Source: Eledone cirrhosa
Taxonomy: Eukaryota
NCBI GenBank assembly: GCA_964016885.1
Contig: OZ024762.1
Location: 18,290,001 to 18,354,000, forward strand
DNA length: 64,000 nucleotides
Direction: 5' to 3'
Below, piece after piece: positions 55,663 to 64,000 of this stretch. Every line of letters begins with the position of its first letter. Positions within the stretch are counted from its first letter, which is position 1. The position numbers and the translations under genes are program-made. The notes under the pieces were generated by a model. It was not told the origin of the DNA and made no database searches. It worked only from the letters and a program-made list of their open reading frames with translations.

Positions 55663-56243
55663 TGGTCGTGTAGGTGTCACGACAAAAAAACACACAGTCC
55701 ACGCTGTAATGTGGCCGTGTAGGTAACACGGTAAAAACCTCCCAGTTCCACACTGTAAATGTGGTTGGTGTTAGGAAGGGCATCCAGCTGTAGAAAACCC
55801 GCCAGACAGTCCACGCTGTAATGTGGCCGTGTAGGTAACACGGTAAAAACCTCCCAGTTCCACACTGTAAATGTGGTTGGTGTTAGGAAGGGCATCCAGC
55901 TGTAGAAAACCCGCCAGACAGTCCACGCTGTAATGTGGCCGTGTAGGTAACACGGTAAAAACCTCCCAGTTCTACACTGTAAATGTGGTTGGTATTAGGA
56001 AGGGCATCCAGCTGTAGAAAACCCGCCAGACAGTCCACGCTGTAATGTGGCCGTGTAGGTAACACGGTAAAAACCTCCCAGTTCCACACTGTAAATGTGG
56101 TTGGTGTTAGGAAGGGCATCCAGCCGTAGAAAACCCGCCAGAGAGTCCTATGCGAGCAAGACAACCACTGTTGCCTCAAGTGGGAAAACTCCCGTCCAAA
56201 CCCATGCGAGCGTGGAATATGGACGTTAAACGAAGATGATGAT
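55663..56243 (+). mobile_element. SINE-C-type element with a 112-bp internal unit repeated 4 times
   Basis: cagtccacgctgtaatgtggccgtgtagg... at about 55695, 55808, 55919 and 56031. Confidence 0.85.
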
Positions 56244-56312
56244 ATAAATATATTATTGAGTAAAATGACAGGAGGCCGGACTGGTGAAATTCATTAAAAG
56301 ATTTATCATACC

Positions 56313-56374
56313 AAACACTATTTACATTTTAGTGGCCAGGTTCCGTAAGATCCTGGTGACATCATCAGGTGTTT
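56313..56374 (-). ncRNA. Degenerate type I hammerhead motif (GAAA>AAAA)
   Basis: AAACAC CTGATGA TGTCACCAGG...CCTGGCCACT AAAA TGTAAATA GTGTTT; 6-bp stem I. Confidence 0.68.
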
Positions 56375-56721
56375 ATTGCATAATAGTTATATAATAAAGG
56401 AATAATGGTAAACACAATCCAAGAGGCTATAAAAAAACAGAGGAAAATGTTTTTGACACAAAGGCGATCAAGAGGCTCAGTTGTTATCAGTTTGGCTTAT
56501 ATACAACCCTTATCAAGTCCTCGTTGGATTTTGGTCTTTGTATTTATTATTACTATATATATATATAAAATCACTATATATATATGTATGAATGAAGTAA
56601 TTCCGTCGGAAAAGTCCAGGAAAAAAGAGTGCTCTATGTAGGTAACAGAGCTTAATAGTTATGTAATAAACATAAGGCAATTATTCCATTTACCAAATTC
56701 AATAAACAGACCAGGATTTTT

Positions 56722-56779
56722 TTCATTCTGATGATTGAAAGCAACATTTTTTGCTTTTAAGAAACCACTGGTAAATGGA
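56722..56779 (+). ncRNA. Type I hammerhead ribozyme, intact core, antisense within a PASK intron
   Basis: TTCATT CTGATGA TTGAAAGCAA-CATTTT-TTGCTTTTAA GAAA CCACTGG TA AATGGA; GUA triplet. Confidence 0.85.
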
Positions 56780-56950
56780 ATAATTGCCTTATGTTGTTTA
56801 TTACATAACTATATATATATATATAATCCGTTTAACGTCCATTTTTCCGAGCTAACATGGGTTAGACAAGTTGTTGCAAGTCAAATCAGATTTATTCTGT
56901 ATATATATGATAAAGTCATATCTGTATATATACATATATATTTATACTCT

Positions 56951-57106
56951 TTAAAAACAATAGAAGGTCAAACTGGAAACTTTCTTTAAAATTTTAATTC
57001 TGAGAAAACACTATACATATTTTAATGGCCACCGAAATATGTATAATGTTTTCATGGAATTAAAATTTTAAAGAAAGTTCCCAGTCTGGGCTTCTGTTGT
57101 TTTTAA
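56951..57106. repeat. Imperfect palindrome of hammerhead 3' halves
   Basis: Apex TGG|CCA at 57028/9; right arm GGCCACC GAAA TATGTATA ATGTTTT, related to 56313-56374. Confidence 0.78.
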
Positions 57107-57714
57107 TGAATATTTAACTGCAACTTTGCACCAGCCACGGGATACCACATCTATGATAGATGATCTGCAAACCGTTGAGTGCTTTAATTTATTATATCAT
57201 CGTTTACTAACCAGAATCACTAGCTCTACCCAGTAGTAAACATCATCATCATCTTCGTTTAACGTCCATTTTCCACGCTAGCATGGGTTAGAACATAACA
57301 TAAATGGTATATATATATATATATATATTATCGCTGTCATCAGTACCATTCTGAGACTAGATGGGTCATATCTTCTTCATGTTTCATTTTGAAATGGTTT
57401 CTATGACTAAATACCTTAATCCAATGGCAACCATTTTATCATGGCACCAACGCTACCACTTTACAGAGAGTGCTGGGTGTATTTTATCATAGCATCAGTA
57501 CTACCACTTTACAGAGTGTGCTGGGTGTATTTTATCATGACATCAGTACCACCACTTTACAGAGTGTACTGGGTGTATTTTATCATGGCACCAGTACTTC
57601 TACTTTGCAGATTGGGTTGGGTGCATTTTATCATGGCACCAGAACCAGCACTGGGGGCGATCATTGTGCCCTCAGCCAGGCAGAGAGAGGTGTTGATGGG
57701 AGAGGGAAACTTAC

Positions 57715-57885
57715 CTCACATTTAGCTGTTAAATCCAGGGATTCCACAACAAATCCAAACGCTCCATGACCGATGGTTCGTAAGTTCTGATAATCCCGGT
57801 CGTATGGTTTACATTTCGGGTAAGACTCTTCGTAATCACCATTGTATTTTATTCCAACCCCTGTGCCTCCATGGGAAGAGCAAGA
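57715..57885 (-). CDS. PASK: PASK exon, kinase subdomain I (G-loop)
   Basis: SCSSHGG...YDRDYQNLRTIGHGAFGFVVESLDLTAKCE; CAG/GTAAGT, 171 nt, phase 0/0. Confidence 0.9.
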
Positions 57886-59009
57886 CTGGAGAGAGAGAGA
57901 TTATTGAAAGAAGTTGTCAAAGAAGGAATGATATTTAGACAAAGAAAATGATGAGAAACAAAAGATATTGACATCTGACATAGGATGATAAACAGATTGA
58001 GGAATGATAAGTTTCTGCATGATAAGAGTCAATGGCCGTCTATAAAAAAAAATAAAATTAAAAAAAAAAAAAAAATCCTGTCAAATCAATGGGAGGCAGT
58101 AGTTCCAGCTGCACACATCAAAAGTCTGGTGTAGTGGTTCTGAGAACAATGAGGCTTTGCAGATGATCAATGCAAATTGACAAGGGAAAGGCACTCCCGC
58201 TCGAGTTAGAAGAGAACTATAGACCTTCAGGAGAAGCAGCGACCCCTGATTGTATTCAGCAACTGAAACATATATGAAGTACACCAAATCCAATACTCCT
58301 AGGGGTGGCCCTGGTCCTTCTTATTTGTGAGTGTAAACTCGGCCAGATTAGATTAGAAGTGTCTGCAATTCATTGTTTGTCTCCTTCAACCACCTCTCTC
58401 TCTCTCAGCAATATTCTACTCATCCACCGAACCATCTCATTCTTTCCAATCATCTTTGTTGCTCCAACACTTTTATTTCCCATGGCTTGCTCTAGTATAT
58501 CATGCCACATCTCACACATGTAGCATACACTGTTCCCCTTCCATTCTTTATAGCTTTCTCTGATGTTGCTTCACATTCAACAGCCATGTCTCTCTCCCAC
58601 ACGTAGTATACACCTTTCCCTTCTGTTGTTGTCCCACATTCATCACCCATGTCTCTTTCCCATACATCATGACACTTCTCTGGAGGTTTCTCGGGTGTTT
58701 TAATGATATCCCCCCGCCCCACACTTCAGTCCCATCATGTTATAGCTCACACCAATGTAAGTTTAGCTGGTTACTTATAAGGTTGTATCTCAGGTGTTTT
58801 AATGTTACATGTAGCATGTACATGTTACATGTAGCATACATCTTCCCCCATGTCTCTCTCCCATAAAACATGGTACCGCTCACACATGTAGCATACACTT
58901 TTCCCCCTCTAACTGCCCCACATTCAACACCCATGTCTCTCTCCTATAAATTATGCCACTTCTCACACATGTAGCATACACTTTCCCTTTAGTTTTTAGT
59001 GACATCACA

Positions 59010-59170
59010 TAGAAAAAAGAAAAAAGAAAAAAGAAAAAAAGAAAAAAAGAAAAAAAGAAAAAAAGAAAAAAAGAAAAAAAGAAAAAAAGAAAAAAAGAAA
59101 AAAAGAAAAAAAGAAAAAAAGAAAAAAAGAAAAAAGAAAAAAGAAAAAAGAAAAAAGAAAAAAGAAAAAA
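59010..59170. repeat. (A6-7G)n repeat
   Basis: Direct reading. Confidence 0.95.
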
Positions 59171-59206
59171 CACAAAACCAAACCAAAGAGAAAATACAAT
59201 GCTCAC

Positions 59207-59361
59207 CATATCTTCTGAATGGATCGATTCATCATTAGAACAGCTTGTGAAACCAGCACAGAAGCCAGCAACAGATGCACTCTCCAAATCTTGGCTTACC
59301 CACATACAAAACATCAACTCTCCAGACTCCAGTAGCATTGGGTTGATGGCGAAATTTATAC
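59207..59361 (-). CDS. PASK: PASK exon, end of the C-terminal PAS-associated region
   Basis: (G)INFAINPMLLESGELMFCMWVSQDLE...HSEDM; TAG/GTGAG, phase 1/0; FC.WV motif as in PASK. Confidence 0.85.
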
Positions 59362-60306
59362 CTAAATGGTAGATAAGAAGACGTAAAAGAGAGGAACATC
59401 TTAAATGTTTATATAATGGCAACAATGATATATATATATAGATATATATGAAAGCGCATGGCTTAGAGCACAGGTTCTCAACCCATTTAGGCCAAACGCC
59501 CCCTTTTGTCCCTCGAAATCACGAACCCCCCCCCCCCCCATTTTTCAATTTTTCAATATACTACTGATTTTTATATCAGTAGATTACTAAAAAATTGATT
59601 AACAATATTCCAAAGATGTGTGTATTATCTGATTATGTGTTGTATGTGGTCCTAGATGTGTGTGCTACTCGCTTCTGTTTTTACTTTTCTTTTTTTTTTA
59701 TTTGTAATATTATTTATACAATAGGCAATAAAATAGATCTACATAGTGTTAACTCGTTACAGTTGAGTCAATAATGTCAGACATGAAATACATTGTTATC
59801 AGTGAAGGAAAGATAAGATTCTAACTGGCTGCGCCCAAAGTGTTCTTGACCCAGTTGACTGTGGGTTTTTCCATTTTTAGGATCTCAATTACCGGACATG
59901 CCTGCACACCTGCTCACAGCTGAGGTCAGACTATAGTTATGCAAGCTCATTCAAATGCATTCACACTGACATACAAATATGGAGGTGCCATGGCAAAAAA
60001 GCACTCAGCCCACACTGTAAAGTGGACATGTAAGCACCACGGAAAAAAAAAAAGCTCCCAGCACTCACTGTAAATGAGCTTGGTGTTAGGAAGGGCATCC
60101 AGCTGTAGAAATCAAGCCAGAATCAGTTCCCGTATGAGCAAGACAAAGTCAGCCGACCGGACACTGCCCACAACAGGACAACCCGTCTAACCCATGCTAG
60201 CGTGGAAGAACGGACATAAAATGGTGATGATGATGATGATATATATATATATATATATAAATTTACTTTATAAACAACAATCAAAGAGTGTTTTAGAACA
60301 TTTAAT

Positions 60307-60353
60307 CACTTACAATCGTTTCATCCAAGCACAAGTCCGGAATCATTGGAGTA
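60307..60353 (-). ncRNA. Degenerate hammerhead motif (core CCAATGA)
   Basis: TACT CCAATGA TTCC...GGAT GAAA CGATTG TA AGTG. Confidence 0.5.
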
Positions 60354-61214
60354 TATAGTAAAGGTTAAAACACTAATAAGCTTGTCAAAGAACATTTTGA
60401 GGATACATAATATGGGAAGTAAGCATAAGTATTAACATTCATATAAGAGAAGATAGCAAAGGTAGAAGAAGCATATGAAAAATACGAGCATATAAATGTA
60501 AAAAATGATATTAGGAGCAGCTGAAAGCATTAAAAATTTTAAAAACATGCTGGTATATATCATAATTAGTAAATAAACATATATCGTCTAATCCATGCTA
60601 GCGTGGAAAATGGACGTTAAACGAAGATGATGATGATGATATCATATGCATTACAAAAGTATATAAAGTATATATTATAAAGTTTTTCAGCTCTGTAATA
60701 TACTTGTTATTTTACATTGAGCTATTCTCATACTTGTAATTGGATAATATTTAATATTACCCACATTTTATATCATCATCATCATCATCGTTTAACGTCC
60801 ATGTTCCACGCTTGCATGGGTTTGGACGGGAGTTTTCCCACTTGAGGCAAGAGTGGTTGTCATTGCTCGCATAGGACTGTCTGACGGGTTTTCTACAGCT
60901 GGATGCCCTTCCTAACACCAACCACATTTACAGTGTGGGGCTGGGAGGTTTTTACCGTGTTGCCTACACGGCCACATTACGGTGTGGACTGTCTCGCGGG
61001 TTTTCTACAGCTGGATGCCCTTCCTAACACCAACCACATTTACAGTGTGGGGCTGGGAGGTTTTTACTGTGTTGCCTACACGGCCACATTACAGCGTGGA
61101 CTGTGTATTTTTTTGTCGTGACATATATATATATATGTGAATACAATTATATATAAATTTAGAGATACATACATTAATAATAAAGATATCTAACATTATA
61201 GCTTTTGTAAGCTT

Positions 61215-61870
61215 CCTAAACGATTGTATCTCATGGGTGGTTTCTTTGTTGTTTTAATGATAGGGGGTCCCCAGTCCTACGATGTTCTTACAGCTCACAC
61301 ATTTGTAGGTTTAGCTCACCTGCTACAAAGGTGTATCTCATGGGAAGCTTCTTGGTTGTTTTAATGATAGGGCCCCCAGTCCTATCATGTTAAAGCTCAC
61401 ACCTATGTAGGTTTAGTTGGCCTCTTACAAGATTATATCTCATGGTAGGTGAGCCCCAGTGTTGTTACAGCTCACACATTTGTAGGTTTCTGGCCTCATA
61501 CAAAGTTTTATCTCATTGGCGGTTTCTTGTGTTTTAATGAGAGCCCCCCCCCCCCCTCACTTCAGTCCTATCATGTTATAGCTCACACCAATGTAGGTTT
61601 AGCTCGTTAATTATAAGGTTGAATCTCAAGTGTGTTAATGATAGGGACCCCAGTCCTATCATGTTACAGTTCACACCTTTGCAGGTTTAGCTGGCCTCCT
61701 AAGAGGTATCTCATAGGAGGTTTCTCAGGTGTTTTAATGATGGGGCTTTGGTCTTATAGTGTTGTTACAGCTCATACCTATACAGATTTAGCTGGCCTTT
61801 TATTAGGTTGTACCTCATGGGAAGTTTCTCAGGGGTTTTAATGATAGGGAGCCCCAGTCCAATCATGAAA
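61215..61870. repeat. Degenerate tandem repeat of about 75-115 bp containing the atgatagggaccccagtcctatcat hairpin
   Basis: Recurrent ttaatgatagg..cagtcctatcatgttacagctcacac..gtaggtttagctgg; related piece at 58670-58810. Confidence 0.7.
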
Positions 61871-62042
61871 TCAAACCCACAACCCATGCAAGCGTGGAAA
61901 AGCAGATGTAATGATGATGATGATGATTTTTATGACCCTGAGTCCAACACTCTAACCACTAGGCTACATGCCTTCATCTCCATACACACATATGGGAAGC
62001 AGACATACGATGATGATGATGATGACAAAGATTTCTTCTTAC

Positions 62043-62401
62043 CAATGTACGATCCGTCCTTGTGGACACACAATCCTGTAAACTCTCCATCAGTGAATTC
62101 ATCGAGGCTGCTGAGATTCTCCTGAATCAATTCGTTATCCTCAACGATTTCGTTCACCTCATTTCTACTTTTCTTCTTCTGGACATGGCTGTTCCTCACA
62201 GCGGCCTTGTGATAGCTAAGCTGCGGGTTTGTGCTGGTCATTTTACCAAGGGTAGGAGGGACAGGCTCAAGCTCTGGATCAGCTTTGGATATCTCTGTCA
62301 CACGAAGAATGGAAACCGGAATCAAAGCTTCATCAGAATCCAAACTGGGCAGATGCTGACTTTTGCCAACCTTTGAAGAGTCTATGGCCAAAGATGCTAA
62401 A
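62043..62401 (-). CDS. PASK: PASK exon
   Basis: (S)LASLAIDSSKVG...EFTDGEFTGLCVHKDGSYI; G.F.G.C.H.DGS motif; CAG/GTAAG, phase 2/1. Confidence 0.85.
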
Positions 62402-63799
62402 CTGATAAAAAAAAAAAAAAACGAAAAAATAAAATAAAACAAAAAATATTACACCCCTCCCCCCCCCCACAACAAAACAAGCTTGAACCTAGATAATTTA
62501 TAAACATAAACACACAACACAGTGAAAACAAAAACAACAAGATATCATCATCGTTTTACGTCCGTTCTTCCACGCTAGCATGGGTTAGATGGCGTGTCCT
62601 GTTGTGGGCAGTGTCTGGTCGGCTGACCATGCCTTGCTCATACAGGAACTGATTTGGCTTGATTTCTACAGCTGGATGCCCTTCCTAACACCAACCTCAT
62701 TTACAGTGAGTGCTGGGTGCTTTTTCGTGGCGCCTACACGTTCACTTTACAGTGTGGGCTGGGTGCTTTTTTGCCGTGGCAACTCCACGACCACCTTACA
62801 GTGGGAGGGTGTGGGGGCATATTGTCTATATGCTTCAGCTTGTACCCATGGGAGGTCGGGTACTCTGTATTATTGCGCGACAACAAACAATACAGTGATA
62901 AAATAAGATTAGAACACTGGATTTATTTTATTATAACACCAGCAGCAGGGAAGTTGTCATGTTTTTCACTCGTGTTTGGCAAGTTTTCTACAGCTAGCTA
63001 CCCCTTTCCATCATCAACCACCTTACAGAGTATACTGGGTGTTTTATCCTGTAGATCACCAACACTAGGGAGGTTGTCATGTTTTTGACACGACTAAAGA
63101 CACTTCTCAATCCTTGTTTGGCATGGGTTTCAATAGCCAGATGCCCTTTCTATCACTAACTCCTTTACATAATATACTGGGTGTGTTTTAGCATGTAGAT
63201 CACTAACACTTGTCATGTTTTTGACACAAAGAGTCTCCTCAACCCTGTGATTGGCAAGCTTTCTACAGCTAGATGCCCTCCCTACCACCAATCACTTTAC
63301 ATAATATATCGGGTGACACACGACCGTGACCTCTGGCGTCACGCAGTAATACAGAAGACCTGACCCCCCCACGGGTACAAGCTGAAGCTGAAGCATATAG
63401 ACAATATGCCTCACCCCCTCCCACTGCAAAAAAGCACCCAGCCCACACTGTAAAGTGGACATGTAGGCACCACAGAAAAAAAAGCACCCAGCACTCACTG
63501 TAAATGAGGTTGGTGTTAGGAAGGGCATCCAGCTGTAGAAATCAAGCCAGAATCAGTTCCCGTGAGCAAGGCATGGTTGGCCGACCAGACACTGCCCACA
63601 ACAGGACAACCCGTCTAACCCATGCTGGCGTGGAAGAACAGACGTAAAACGGTGATGATGATAGGGTGTGTTTAGATCACCAACACTAGGGAAGTTGTCA
63701 CGTTTTTGACACAACTGAAGAGATTTCTCTTTTCTATGGCTAGCTGCCCTTCCCATCACTAACCCCTTTACATATTGAAAGATGTAAATAACAACTGAC

Positions 63800-64000
63800 C
63801 TTTTGGGGGCTATATCTTTAGTTTTCTTGGGACTGCAACCAGAACATAATATGTCACCACTGTCCAGGAGATCTTCATCATATTCTTTACCCAGACAAGC
63901 CTTTTGGATTTCTTTCTCTAACAGTTCAAAGCTGTCAGCATCATCATCATCGGAGTCTTCAGAGTCTTCAGAAGATGCTAGCATTTTAACTGATTTTGAT
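63800..64000 (-). CDS. PASK: PASK exon, truncated by the window edge
   Basis: Acidic linker MLASSEDSEDSDDDDADSFELLEKEIQKACL...IAPK; GTCAGT donor, phase 2 matches the next exon. Confidence 0.75.

Overview
AT-rich, microsatellite-saturated animal genomic DNA. The SINE content and repeat landscape suggest an octopus or other coleoid cephalopod; this is inferred, not verified. The 3' part of a PAS-domain Ser/Thr kinase gene (PASK) lies on the minus strand at 50115-64000. Its 10 exons are phase-consistent with GT-AG boundaries and encode a complete kinase domain. One probable coding exon of a DUF4062-like gene lies at 667-780 (-). The rest is tRNA-derived SINEs, LINE fragments (RTE, CR1/L2, Vingi-like), hAT/mariner/TTAA MITEs and minisatellites, several built from SINE pieces. 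The most striking signal is about 16 full-length type I hammerhead ribozyme (HHR) motifs plus about 6 half-motif loci, from several unrelated sequence families. They sit in short non-coding cassettes, mostly embedded in (TA)n. Many cassettes are fold-back palindromes whose turning point falls in a helix of the ribozyme itself (stem II or stem I), and they share a TRTYGAGTRC motif downstream of the cleavage site. This resembles a non-autonomous Penelope-like/retrozyme system in which ribozyme helices appear to prime second-strand or inverted synthesis. All structures were read by eye; no database search or folding program was run.
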